From the NCBI GenBank assembly GCA_049515895.1, contig JBEKTQ010000001.1, forward strand, positions 96,001-160,000: 64,000 nt of DNA. The letters run 5' to 3'. Source of the DNA: Candidatus Bathyarchaeia archaeon (lineage in GTDB: Archaea > Thermoproteota > Bathyarchaeia > Bathyarchaeales > Bathycorpusculaceae). Below, piece by piece: positions 48,766 to 58,698 of the stretch (position 1 is the stretch's first letter; each line of letters opens with the position of its first letter). Below the pieces are notes generated by a model. That model was not told the origin of the DNA. It did not search any database and was given only the letters and a program-made list of their open reading frames with translations. Both the position numbers and the translations under genes were made by a program.

Positions 48766-50274
48766 CTAGAATGGCTGGCTTATTTCAACTTTATGTCGCT
48801 CTTTCCATTCTTTGAGTGGAATGCCAAGTTTCTTTTCAACTTCGGCTCGGTGGATGGAATTCATTGTGCAGAATGGAATGATGCGTCCGTCTGGTACGGC
48901 GTAGTGGATTAGGCAGCGTTGCACTCTCTCAAGGTCAAAGTTGTACGGATCCATAAAATGCATCGATGAAAGAAGAATCGATTGTCTCTGCAAGTTACCC
49001 AGCGAGTCATAGTCGCCTTTAGTGACTACGCCTAAAACGTATTTCCTTAGGAACCCGAATTTTATGTAACGCATTGATCCGACTAAGCGTAGTTTGGCTT
49101 TGTTCTTGCTTCCCTTCGACGCTGTCTCGTAAACCTTGTTCATTACTCCTATGAACTTGTCTATGTTGCCGTATTTTGTGATTGGAACTATTTTGCCGTT
49201 TTCAATCAGAAGGTAAGTTGCCATGCCGCAGTGCGGGTGTGCGGTGAATTCTAAGTATCGTCTGTCCTTTAATGCTCCAACGGCTTTTGAAACTGGCACA
49301 ACCGTTGGGACTGGGTAGAAGTCTGAAACTTTGATTAATCCGTTTGTTTGTTCTTCGACGTTCTTCATGAAGTCGGGGATGGTGATTCGCATGCTTTCAC
49401 GTTGCTTTTGCGGTAGCCTTCCGCACAGGCTTACTGGTTGAACGTTTATGCATCTTACTATGTCGAAGTTTCTGGCGGCGAAATTGATTATGTCGCCAAT
49501 TTGTTGGTCATTTACGCCTTTAACAAGTGTGACGACAAGGACGATGCTGTCCCACCCTGCTGCACGAAGATTTTCGATCGCCTTCATTTTTGTTTCTAGC
49601 AGGTCCACACCGCGGATAAACTTGTAAACTTCAGGAGTTAACCCGTCGAACTGCAGATAAATGGTGCTGACTCCTGCCTCTTTGAGTTGTTTGCAATATT
49701 CTACGCTTTGCGAGAGTCGAAGCCCATTCGTATTGACTTCCACGTGGCTGAAACCAAGCTCTTTTGCTTTCCGAACAAAATCGAATAGTTCTTTACGTAT
49801 TGTTGGCTCTCCTCCTGAGAACTGGAGCGCCGTGGCTGCTACTGGCTTGTTTGCTCGAAGGTTTTCGAGCATGCCAATGATTTGCTCTTTGGTCGGTTCG
49901 TAAACGTAGCCTGCTGCTGCCGCGTTTGCGAAGCAGACTGGACAGGTTAGGTTGCACCTGTTTGTGACATCTATTATTGCAAGTGCCGTGTGAGATTTAT
50001 GCTCGGGGCAGATGCCGCAGTCGTATGGGCATCCGTTCTTTTTCTCGGTCCTTGGATTGGCCATGCCTTCGCCGTCGTAGCGGAATTTTTCTGCCCGCAT
50101 GTATTGGTCGTAGTCTGACCAGTAAAGTTCCTGGAAATGCCCATGTTCAGGGCAATCTTTCTTGATGAAGACTTTTTCGTCTTCTTCGTAGATGGTTGCG
50201 TCTATGGCCTTTAGGCATTCAGGGCAAATGCTTCTTGTCGGTTTGATATCTTTCATTTTTTTGCCTTCTAACAT
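48766..50274 (-). CDS. tes: tetraether lipid synthase (Tes/GDGT-MAS) radical SAM enzyme
   Basis: N-terminal CPEC...CPEHG, CPYDCGICPEH, TNRCNLTCPVCFA, HPHCG, RCLIHYAVPDGRIIPFC. Confidence 0.88.
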   Translation of the reverse strand: MLEGKKMKDIKPTRSICPECLKAIDATIYEEDEKVFIKKDCPEHGHFQELYWSDYDQYMRAEKFRYDGEGMANPRTEKKNGCPYDCGICPEHKSHTALAIIDVTNRCNLTCPVCFANAAAAGYVYEPTKEQIIGMLENLRANKPVAATALQFSGGEPTIRKELFDFVRKAKELGFSHVEVNTNGLRLSQSVEYCKQLKEAGVSTIYLQFDGLTPEVYKFIRGVDLLETKMKAIENLRAAGWDSIVLVVTLVKGVNDQQIGDIINFAARNFDIVRCINVQPVSLCGRLPQKQRESMRITIPDFMKNVEEQTNGLIKVSDFYPVPTVVPVSKAVGALKDRRYLEFTAHPHCGMATYLLIENGKIVPITKYGNIDKFIGVMNKVYETASKGSKNKAKLRLVGSMRYIKFGFLRKYVLGVVTKGDYDSLGNLQRQSILLSSMHFMDPYNFDLERVQRCLIHYAVPDGRIIPFCTMNSIHRAEVEKKLGIPLKEWKERHKVEISQPF

Positions 50275-50358
50275 CTATGAGGTTGCGAAGTGCTTAAGAG
50301 CTAATGTGACGATAATAAGGTTTCCAAACGTTTCCTAAGGTGATTGAGGGGAAAGACC

Positions 50359-51111
50359 ATGTCGATTGACGAGAACACGCGCAGCGCCCTTCGAGAAATG
50401 GGTTTGAACGCCTACGAAATCGACGCTTATGCTACGCTTCTGGAAGTTGGGCAAATGACGGCTATGGAAATCAGTCGAGATGCTAAAGTCCCCTACAGCA
50501 AAATGTACGAGGTTCTAAACTCGCTCAAAGAAAAAGGTTGGATAAAAAGCAACGAAACCCGACCCTTCAAATATTATCCTGTGCCACCGCTCGAAGCAAC
50601 AAGGTCCACCAAGTTACGGTTGGAGGATAAGTATTTGAGTTGGGAAAACACCATCGCGGAAACTCTTCAACCCCTCTACGAAAAACGGGAACTCGTCGAG
50701 CGACCTGATATGCTCATTCTTCGAGGGCAACAAGCGGTGCTGAGCAAACTTGAAGAGGTTTTGGGCAAAGCAGCTAAAGAAGTTGTGATTGCAGCACCGG
50801 AATTTGCCAAACCCGTCATTGCTTTAGCTGAACCCTTGCTGGGAAGCGGTCTGAAGAAGACTGTTAACATTAAGCTTATGGCTGCAGGCAAAAAGGAAGA
50901 TTGGCTTTTCTTAAAGAAAATTTCTGCTTTAAACGAGTTGCGTATCCGCGACCATATGTTCGGCGGCGGCGTGATCGCTGATGGCAAAGAAGCCATGTTG
51001 TTTTTAGGCGAAGACAAGCCCACTCTCGTTATTTGGAGCAACCACGTAGGGCTAGTTGGATTCGCGCGTGAATACTTCCAGTTTCTCTGGGACTCCTCAG
51101 CAACCGCCTAG
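50359..51111 (+). CDS. TrmB-family transcription regulator
   Basis: GLNAYEIDAYATLL, VPYSKMYEVLNSLKEKGWI, RPFKYYPVPP, C-terminal effector domain. Confidence 0.92.
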   Translation: MSIDENTRSALREMGLNAYEIDAYATLLEVGQMTAMEISRDAKVPYSKMYEVLNSLKEKGWIKSNETRPFKYYPVPPLEATRSTKLRLEDKYLSWENTIAETLQPLYEKRELVERPDMLILRGQQAVLSKLEEVLGKAAKEVVIAAPEFAKPVIALAEPLLGSGLKKTVNIKLMAAGKKEDWLFLKKISALNELRIRDHMFGGGVIADGKEAMLFLGEDKPTLVIWSNHVGLVGFAREYFQFLWDSSATA

Positions 51112-51209
51112 ATTAACTTGCAAATTTAGAAAAACGCTTTGCTTGCTCCAAAACTTGATGCCGACAGCTTACAAAAAAAGAAGAAAGGAAGGAACTTGTT
51201 ATAAGGTTA

Positions 51210-51431
51210 TTATCTTTCCATGACTTTTCTTGCGGCTATCTCAATATCTTCCGCTTTGATGGTTTTTCTTCCAGCGTGCATCGCAAAATCCAGTGCTTCC
51301 TTGGCAATCTTTACTCCGATTTCTTCGAGAGCCTTCGCGAGTTCCTTTGCTGCTGCTTCACTTACTCTGTCAGCACCCGCTTTCTTGCATAAACGGTGCA
51401 TGGGGGCTACAGCTATTTCTAATTCTGTCAT
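51210..51431 (-). CDS. archaeal histone
   Basis: [32 protein letters not shown]. Confidence 0.95.
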   Translation of the reverse strand: MTELEIAVAPMHRLCKKAGADRVSEAAAKELAKALEEIGVKIAKEALDFAMHAGRKTIKAEDIEIAARKVMER

Positions 51432-51565
51432 ATCGACTTCTCCACAGCCTCTTTTTCTTTTTAAAGCAATATTTAAGGTTAGCGCATCAAACTATGTGAA
51501 AAAAATTAAACATATTGCAAATAAAGAGCACAAAACCGTAAACTCTATTTTTAAAATAAGCAGAG

Positions 51566-51898
51566 GTGACTTATATGACTGTTGATTGGAAACTTAGCCA
51601 AGCAGAAGAGGTTTTCATTAATCTCTCTGAAGATTCAGAAATCACTAATTTCCTTAATCATCAAAAGAAAAGCACCAGAAACACTTACTCAGCTTACATG
51701 AGACGTCTGAAAGAATTTACTAATGAGACAGGTCAAGAAATCTTAGCAGAATTAACATACAAAAAGCAGTTTCAAGGCACGTTAGCAGAAAAAGCCATAG
51801 TTGAACTATTGCTCGATATCAGGGAGCAAAACGAGTCTAACAACGGAAAGAAGAAAGCTGCTATGTTAGTGGTTTTAAATAAGCTCAGAATGGGCTAA
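51566..51898 (+). pseudogene. truncated tyrosine recombinase (N-terminal core-binding region only)
   Basis: ITNFLNHQKKSTRNTYSAYMRRLKEFT resembles the integrase SAM-like N-terminus; no catalytic R-H-R-Y region follows. Confidence 0.55.
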
Positions 51899-52143
51899 GT
51901 TTCCAGTTATAGTACGATGGTTTTATCACTTGATTTATCCATCGCGCTTAACCTTTGAGCAATACATAGCAGAAAGGGGATCAGTTTCCTCTGACATGCG
52001 CGCGCGATATGTAGTATAACAACAGATCGGCAGTTTAGTAAAATATCCTAAGTCTCTTTCTATACCTATTTGTTGTCGAGGCAATGTAGACCATATCCAT
52101 ATGCTTAAGTACCAAGTATAGAATAGTATCCTTAGGCTTTGAA

Positions 52144-52680
52144 ATGTCAAAAGTAGAGAAGAGAAAAGAAAAAAAGGACGAGCCTGACTCATTAATTAAT
52201 GCTACGGATAACACCATGGATAAAGATGCGCTAAGTAAACTTAGAGAAGAGTTATTCGCTGATATCATACCTGTGGAATCAATAAAGACTATAAGAAAAG
52301 GAAAAGAACCTAAATACTCTAATCTAGCAGCGGCTATAAAGCTAGTAGGTAAGATGTCAAGGAATGCCTACAGATTAAACCTTGAGAAAGTGTTCCAATT
52401 AGATAACTTTAGTAATCTAAATCCTAAAGAGAAGAAAGCATTGGTAAGAAAGGTCTATCCAATACTGGATCGATATTTAAAGGAGTTTGCAAGTACACAT
52501 GGCTATGATCTATCTAAGAAAGAAGTAAAGAAGACCAAACAAGGAAAAGAGATCCTCATTAAGGGAGTTAAGATGGCTACACTTCCAGAGTACGCTAAAT
52601 TCAAAAAAGAAACTATAAGTATGAGACTAGTTGGATCTGATATCTACCTAATTAAGCAGAGTGATATACCAATTGAATAG
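52144..52680 (+). CDS. Lys-rich hypothetical protein
   Basis: 178-aa ORF with AT-rich codon usage; no family recognised. Confidence 0.65.
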   Translation: MSKVEKRKEKKDEPDSLINATDNTMDKDALSKLREELFADIIPVESIKTIRKGKEPKYSNLAAAIKLVGKMSRNAYRLNLEKVFQLDNFSNLNPKEKKALVRKVYPILDRYLKEFASTHGYDLSKKEVKKTKQGKEILIKGVKMATLPEYAKFKKETISMRLVGSDIYLIKQSDIPIE

Positions 52681-52720
52681 ATATATTAGATAGCTATCTT
52701 TTATATTACATGAACAGAGC

Positions 52721-53506
52721 ATGTCAAATGATGAAAACACGGATCTATTGCTTGGTCTGGGTTTGAGTCTTAATCAGGCAAGGGTTTATTTAGCAATACT
52801 CAAACTGGAAAAAACAACAATAGGACAGGTAGCGAAGTTTTCAAAAGTACGCAGAGAAGACGTCTATAGAATTATGCCGTCACTCGAAAAAATGGGTCTG
52901 ATAGAAAGATTAATGGGCAAACCAGCTGTAATCAGGGCTACCCCAATCTCGGATGCCTTAAGCTTTCTAGTGGCTGAAGAAAAAGTCAAATCTGATGATC
53001 GTTTAACGGGGATGCGGAGTAAAGTCCAAAAGTTGTCTCTCAAGGATTGGAAACAGCCAGTTCTTGCAGAAGAAAGCATTTACATACTGATAGCGGAAAA
53101 GAAAGCAATTTTAGCAAAGACTTCAGAACTGATTAGAAATTCAAAAAAAGAGGTCGCGTTGATTGCCGACAAGGCAAGAATCATACCGACTTTGTCTCAG
53201 TTTTCAGAAGAATGCAAGCAGGCAATAAAGAAAGGCAGTCAGATTTGCCTAATTTTTGAAGGAGACGGTCCTGACGTTTTGCTCAAAGAAAAAGTCCAAA
53301 AACTCATCGATGGCACGTCTGTTCATATCAAATTTCATCGTGAGTCTTTGAATCACTTCATAATGTCCGATGACGAGGAAGCGTTGATTACTACCTCTAA
53401 AGAAAGCGGGTTAGGCGAGAGTCCTTCTCTTTGGACAAACAACAGCAACCTCATAGGCGTTATAAGAAAAAGTTTTGAATCCGACTGGAAAGAAGCTGAA
53501 AACTAA
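52721..53506 (+). CDS. TrmB-like HTH transcription regulator
   Basis: LGLSLNQARVYLAIL, VRREDVYRIMPSLEKMGLIE, PLD-like C-terminal domain (FIMSDDEEALI, LWTNN). Confidence 0.85.
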   Translation: MSNDENTDLLLGLGLSLNQARVYLAILKLEKTTIGQVAKFSKVRREDVYRIMPSLEKMGLIERLMGKPAVIRATPISDALSFLVAEEKVKSDDRLTGMRSKVQKLSLKDWKQPVLAEESIYILIAEKKAILAKTSELIRNSKKEVALIADKARIIPTLSQFSEECKQAIKKGSQICLIFEGDGPDVLLKEKVQKLIDGTSVHIKFHRESLNHFIMSDDEEALITTSKESGLGESPSLWTNNSNLIGVIRKSFESDWKEAEN

Positions 53507-53915
53507 CCCTTTTTATTGTTTACTAGTGAGTTGTTTGGACACATCTGACAAAATAATCTTAGAAGTCGTTGACATAGTGTTATCCAAACTGGACTTTGTA
53601 AATAAAGAAGAGTTTTATTCAATCCTTAAGGAAAAATACAAGCTTGATAAAACTAACCTCAGCGAAAACCTTGATACATTCCAATTAGCCCTTAAGGAAA
53701 TATATGGAATCAAGCACCTCAGAGTAGAGCGGTCACTAATTAGAGTTCTACATGAAAGGGCATTAAACGGTTACTATGAACTTAGCGATGAGATTACAGT
53801 TTTTTTGTTGATGGTTAAGGTTTTTTCTACTGATGTAAACACAGAATTAGAAAAATCGAAAGAAAAACTAAGATTGTCGCATTTCTATGAGAAAGTAAAC
53901 GATGCCAAACGCTAA
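53475..53915 (+). CDS. hypothetical protein (helical, possibly an archaeal signalling output-type domain); start uncertain
   Basis: ILEVVDIVLSKL...FYSILKEKYKL...FQLALKEIYG pattern. Confidence 0.5.
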   Translation: MNPTGKKLKTNPFYCLLVSCLDTSDKIILEVVDIVLSKLDFVNKEEFYSILKEKYKLDKTNLSENLDTFQLALKEIYGIKHLRVERSLIRVLHERALNGYYELSDEITVFLLMVKVFSTDVNTELEKSKEKLRLSHFYEKVNDAKR

Positions 53916-54132
53916 GGGCAGAAAGCAAAATTAGTTTTCTTTTGGTAACTTGGTGAAATTTCCAGAGACCCTTAAACGGTTAGGGCTTTTAACGAGTGCA
54001 TTCAAGGGTTTGGATGTATTCAGTAGAATTTAGCTAGTTTTCATGAAGATAAGTCTTAAATCTGCATAGCGTAGAAAGAACAGCAATAAGGGAAGAGAGC
54101 TGTTTGTCAAGACTTGAAAGCATTAGATTACG

Positions 54133-55068
54133 TTACGCTCTTGGTAAAGAAACCTCACCCATCTCGTAATAAGCGTTCTTCATTTCCTTGAAAAGAGATG
54201 CATTTCCAAAGTAGAGATTGTCTTGATACTCAATAGCCTTAACATTTACAAGCTCTTCCAGAACATATGGTAATCTGAAGTAAACTTTTGATTTAGTCCC
54301 ATATAACATAGCAATATGGTGCTCAAAAGAATCTTTTTTCCAATAGATCAATTCTTCCGCTTCTAAAGCTGGTCTATAATAACAGCTATCAACATGAACA
54401 ACCGTCTCGAGTTGAGAAATGCCAAAGGTCTCTCTTAGAGCGGAATAACGGGTCTTGATTATGTGAGAAAGAATAGATGTATTTAGCTTCTCGGGGTCAT
54501 TGTCCGTTCCAACGCAGAGTTCAGTAAACATATTTCCATATGAATATCGATTATTCTCATGCTCAACTATTTCTAAACTTTCAAGTAATTGCAGGTACTT
54601 TCTAAGTTTGATAGCTTCTTTGATAGGAAGGGCATCAATATCACTATCTGGTATAGTCTTGTTCCATTTCAATCGAGAAATAATCATTCCGATTTTACCT
54701 AAGAAAAACTTGGCTTCATTTGTTTTAGCTAATTTGTCGGATGATGCCTTCACAATTATTTTTTCTGCTCGTTCTTGCCAGATATTAAGATAATCTGAAA
54801 GATTGTTTACGCAATCATCTCTTGAGGTTGCCTCAATGGATTGAAGATTTTCTGCAACTTTAATAGCTCCAAGTCTGCGAAGAGAAAGGAATTTCACGAT
54901 TCTCTCTTCAGGGCAACGGTCGTCATGGATAATTCGAGGATAGTCAGATTGTAGCTCTGCAATCCATCCTTTTCCTTCAGGATCAAACTCAGGTTCACCA
55001 ACAGAAATGAGGTTGCCATAATGTTGAATTGCGTAATTACGAATTACAGACTTAACGCTCATTCCCAT
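54133..55068 (-). CDS. hypothetical protein with two winged-helix-like repeats
   Basis: LRKYLQLLESLEIVEHENNRYSYG and LPYVLEELVNVKAIEYQDNLYFG; overlaps the upstream peptidase by 17 nt. Confidence 0.75.
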   Translation of the reverse strand: MGMSVKSVIRNYAIQHYGNLISVGEPEFDPEGKGWIAELQSDYPRIIHDDRCPEERIVKFLSLRRLGAIKVAENLQSIEATSRDDCVNNLSDYLNIWQERAEKIIVKASSDKLAKTNEAKFFLGKIGMIISRLKWNKTIPDSDIDALPIKEAIKLRKYLQLLESLEIVEHENNRYSYGNMFTELCVGTDNDPEKLNTSILSHIIKTRYSALRETFGISQLETVVHVDSCYYRPALEAEELIYWKKDSFEHHIAMLYGTKSKVYFRLPYVLEELVNVKAIEYQDNLYFGNASLFKEMKNAYYEMGEVSLPRA

Positions 55069-55687
55069 TTTCTAATCCCTTTTCTTGCTCGAGTAATTCT
55101 TTTCCCAGAGGAAATTCTTCTAACATCCTTTGTTTCTTTTTACCTATTTTAACTTTTATTAGAACTCGGTCTTCTTCATCCCATAAGGTGACAAAGTCAG
55201 TAATTTTTGCGGTCTTTTCGCCATATATCGGGTCATTATAATAAATCTGACCACTTTCTCTTTCTATACCTGTAATCACGACAGCATGAGCGCATTTCTT
55301 TATGTGCTCTTCATCATAGAGGCGAATCCACGCTATTGGGGGTTGATCATCCCCAATTTCACTTTCTATTTCATCTAATGTATGTGAACTTAGTTTTAGT
55401 TCAAATTCAATCGAAGGAATAGAAGACGCCAATTCGCTGATCTTATTAGAGTTTAAGTTTAGAACTTTGTCTGGAAAAGTCCCATCCTTCTTTGTTTCAA
55501 TTATTTTTCCTATCTTTTCCAAATCGAAGTCTGGTACACGACTTCCTTCAAATTCATTGGCAACAAACATGAAAATCATTTTAATGCATCTTGGAACGCA
55601 AGAAAAACCATCTTCCTGACGAGGTACCACCATAGGCAAGATAGTCGAGGCGTGACAATAGCACCTGATTATGCCTAATTTGTCCAA
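55052..55687 (-). CDS. C39-like (papain-fold) cysteine peptidase; start uncertain
   Basis: QEDGFSC (oxyanion Q, catalytic C), HAVVITG (H), YYNDP (D). Confidence 0.85.
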   Translation of the reverse strand: MDKLGIIRCYCHASTILPMVVPRQEDGFSCVPRCIKMIFMFVANEFEGSRVPDFDLEKIGKIIETKKDGTFPDKVLNLNSNKISELASSIPSIEFELKLSSHTLDEIESEIGDDQPPIAWIRLYDEEHIKKCAHAVVITGIERESGQIYYNDPIYGEKTAKITDFVTLWDEEDRVLIKVKIGKKKQRMLEEFPLGKELLEQEKGLENGNER

Positions 55688-55999
55688 CTCGTATATCAGA
55701 TTTGCCCTTATTAGCTTGAATGGATGAGAGGATAATGTTCAATTAGGGATATTTTAAAAAACCATCCCTTTTGTTTATTCGTTCTACAGTTTGAGACCAC
55801 TTACGGCTAAGCAATATTCTTTATAAGACACTATCTATCCCATGTTTAAACAAAAAAACTAAAGGTTGAATGAGCTTGAGAAAAGCAATATTTAACTTTT
55901 TTTGTGCCTTTTAGTTTAAATTATCGACATATAACCTTGCCCAGCAGAGAAAGAAAATTATAAGAAACACTCAACAATGATAATCTTGCAGGGAAAAGA

Positions 56000-56773
56000 A
56001 TGAAGTTCATCGATGCTCATTTGCACCTATCAGATACCGAATATGTCGGTCACATTGATGAGTTAATTGCGGACGCAAAGGCTGCGGGTGTTGTAGCGCT
56101 AATGACAAATTCCATGGATTTAAGAACTTGCAAAAGCGATCTGGAAATGGCAGAAAAATACTCTGGCTTGGTTTACCCCGCCCTGGGAATTCATCCATGG
56201 AACGTAAATGTCCTCACAAACAACGAGCTTGAGCAAGTCATCGAACTGATAGCGGAGCAAAGAAGAGTGGTAAAAGCAATAGGCGAAATTGGCTTAGACT
56301 CCAAGTATGAGACCGTGTGGGAAAAGCAAATGATGGTTTTCGACAAAATGCTACGGCTTGCAGAAGAGCTTGAGCTTCCTGTGATAATCCACAGTCGCGG
56401 AACAACCGACAAAATAATAGATATGCTTCCTTCGTACCATCTTAAGCGAGTCCTGTTTCATTGGTTCGGCTATCCGTTGAGCACGCTGTCCAAAGCGATG
56501 GATAGAGGGTATTTCATCACTGAGGGGCCACCTGCAGCCTACTCGAACGGAATACGGGAAATCATAGAAAAAGTGGCGCTGACACAGTTTTTAACAGAAA
56601 CAGACGGTCCAGTCAAGTATTACAAGCTTCCCTTCAGTGGGCAACTAACTAAGCCTTCATTCATCAGCAAGGTTATTGAAGCTGTGGCTGAAATCAAAAA
56701 GATGCCGGTTGACGAGGTTGCCCAGCAAATATTTGAGAACTTTCAAGTTTTCTTTAACATAAAACTTAACTGA
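56000..56773 (+). CDS. tatD: TatD family nuclease
   Basis: IDAHLHL, GIHPW, AIGEIGLD, IIHSR, FHWF, TETDGP. Confidence 0.94.
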   Translation: MKFIDAHLHLSDTEYVGHIDELIADAKAAGVVALMTNSMDLRTCKSDLEMAEKYSGLVYPALGIHPWNVNVLTNNELEQVIELIAEQRRVVKAIGEIGLDSKYETVWEKQMMVFDKMLRLAEELELPVIIHSRGTTDKIIDMLPSYHLKRVLFHWFGYPLSTLSKAMDRGYFITEGPPAAYSNGIREIIEKVALTQFLTETDGPVKYYKLPFSGQLTKPSFISKVIEAVAEIKKMPVDEVAQQIFENFQVFFNIKLN

Positions 56774-56925
56774 AGCGGCTCTGAATGCCCTTAAAAGTTT
56801 TTTTTTACACTTTGAATAGGCGCTACTAAGCGTAAACTTAAATTAAACCATTCATCTATTGGGAATTGCTCTTGCGCTTTTCAAGCGTCGGACACTAAAC
56901 TATTGATTAGATGAGGATTTGGGAT

Positions 56926-57162
56926 TTGGGAAAAGTTAAGACTGATCAAGTAAAAAGAGCTGGTAAAGAACTGATGCATCGGTTTCCAGAAAAATTCAAC
57001 ACCAACTTTGACGAAAACAAGGTTGCTGTTGAAACTTTAACGCAGGGAACAACCACGCGGGTTAGGAATCAAATTGCTGGTTACATTACTCGCACAAACG
57101 CGCTGGCTAAGGCCAATTCGGGAACCGAACCGATTGAAAGTGACGAAGAAGATTCAGAGTAA
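56926..57162 (+). CDS. rps17e: 30S ribosomal protein eS17
   Basis: GKVKTDQVKR, FNTNFDENK, RVRNQIAGYITR; TTG start. Confidence 0.94.
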   Translation: MGKVKTDQVKRAGKELMHRFPEKFNTNFDENKVAVETLTQGTTTRVRNQIAGYITRTNALAKANSGTEPIESDEEDSE

Positions 57163-57187
57163 TCTCTCTTAAAAAAGGAAAACCTAC

Positions 57188-57565
57188 ATGATGGATGGCT
57201 ATAGGAAAGGGTGGGCACTGCGGTACCTTCGTGAAGCAAAAGCTGAGTTGGAAGCAGCAAGAAAAATCCCTTATATGGCTCCAGGATTGGTTTTAGAAGC
57301 AATCAGAAAAGCGAGAAACGCTATTTATTACAGCCTAGGCGAGCCTGCCTTCATTGAAATACTCATTCGGGAAGAAGTCCTGAAAAACCCCGCTACGACC
57401 GATTCAATTTTGCGTTTTCTAATGGAAATCGAATCAGTCGTCCAACAGATGCAACAGTTAGAAGAAGTGAACGGAGATGCAATGATGAAACAAGCAGACT
57501 CAATCGTTGGAATAGCAACTGACATCGTGGAAACGTTGACCGAAGAAAGAGTACCCAACTCCTAG
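57188..57565 (+). CDS. hypothetical protein, HEPN-like helical pattern
   Basis: ALRYLREAKAELEAA N-terminal helix and MKQADSIVGIA C-terminal helix. Confidence 0.65.
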   Translation: MMDGYRKGWALRYLREAKAELEAARKIPYMAPGLVLEAIRKARNAIYYSLGEPAFIEILIREEVLKNPATTDSILRFLMEIESVVQQMQQLEEVNGDAMMKQADSIVGIATDIVETLTEERVPNS

Positions 57566-57630
57566 GTCCAACCATTGGGCGCGCAAACAATTTTAACGTT
57601 AATGTCAATTCTATATTCTAAGCGAAAACG

Positions 57631-57915
57631 ATGGTGCTTACAATAAAATTCATTGGCGCGCTACGCCACATAACAGGCAAAACGCAGTTGACCATCAACT
57701 TTGAAAAAGAAATGTCGCTGAAAGAATTGCTCGCAAGAATCAGCCAAGAAATGCCAAAGCTAGAAAAATCCTTTAGCGACCAGCAAAATGGCGATTCGAC
57801 ATCCAACGCCTTGATACTAGTCAACGGGAGGGAAATCAGCGTTTTGGAAGGTTTACAAACCAAGCTAAGTGATGGGGACGAAATCGTTTTTGTTCCCGTT
57901 GTGCATGGCGGTTGA
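57631..57915 (+). CDS. MoaD/ThiS/SAMP ubiquitin-like sulfur carrier
   Basis: ILVNGREI, LSDGDEIVFVPVVHGG with C-terminal GG. Confidence 0.93.
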   Translation: MVLTIKFIGALRHITGKTQLTINFEKEMSLKELLARISQEMPKLEKSFSDQQNGDSTSNALILVNGREISVLEGLQTKLSDGDEIVFVPVVHGG

Positions 57916-57918
57916 CCC

Positions 57919-58698
57919 TTGATGATTACCTTGACAAGCGACTTTGGGCTAAAAGACCCGTACGTGGCAGAAATCAAAGGTGTGATTCTGACAATAAGCC
58001 CCAACTCAACCTTGGTTGATATAACGCATCAAGTTGAAAAATTTAACGTTCGAGCTGGTGCATTCACGTTGGCTTCCGCTGCACCGTACTTTCCCGACGG
58101 CACCGTCCACTTGGCAGTTGTTGATCCAGGGGTTGGCACAAACAGACGCGCGATAGTGATAATGACGAAAAAGGGCTACTTTGTAGGGCCTGACAACGGC
58201 GTTCTGGTTTTGGCATCCCACAGCCAAGGCATCGAACACGTGTACCAGTTGGCGAAATCGAAGTTTATGATGCCGAAGGTTTCTTGCACTTTTCACGGCA
58301 GAGACATTTTTGCGCCTGCAGCTGCATATCTCGATAAAGGTGTTCAACCCGCAGAGTTTGGACCAGAAATAGATGACCCTGTTACTCCTGAATTCGTTAA
58401 AGTGAAGTTTGATAGTGGTTCGCTAACTGGCGAGGTTTTAGATGTAGACGGCTTTGGCAATATAATCACAAATATAAACGAAAAAGACTTAGTTTGTAAA
58501 GAAGGCCAGACCGTCAACGTAGAATTTGCAGCCTCCAAGTTCCAACTTACATTTGGAAAAGCATACGCTCAGGCAAAACCCAAAGAACCCATTCTTTTAG
58601 TTGGCAGTCACGGTTTTTTGGAAATCGCTTTAAATCAAGCAAGCGCAGCCGAAAAATTCCATGTGAAAGCTAGAGACAAAATCAAAGTCGTGGCCTAA
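57919..58698 (+). CDS. SAM hydroxide adenosyltransferase (DUF62, chlorinase/fluorinase family)
   Basis: LTSDFG, VDITH, VVDPGVG, GPDNG, TFHGRDIFAP, DGFGN. Confidence 0.94.
   Translation: MMITLTSDFGLKDPYVAEIKGVILTISPNSTLVDITHQVEKFNVRAGAFTLASAAPYFPDGTVHLAVVDPGVGTNRRAIVIMTKKGYFVGPDNGVLVLASHSQGIEHVYQLAKSKFMMPKVSCTFHGRDIFAPAAAYLDKGVQPAEFGPEIDDPVTPEFVKVKFDSGSLTGEVLDVDGFGNIITNINEKDLVCKEGQTVNVEFAASKFQLTFGKAYAQAKPKEPILLVGSHGFLEIALNQASAAEKFHVKARDKIKVVA

Larger units (their letters stand above)
51500..55900. mobile_element. AT-rich accessory island (decayed integrative element); boundaries approximate
   Basis: visibly AT-richer than flanks; integrase remnant, orphan ORFs and long intergenic gaps between histone and tatD. 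Confidence 0.6.
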
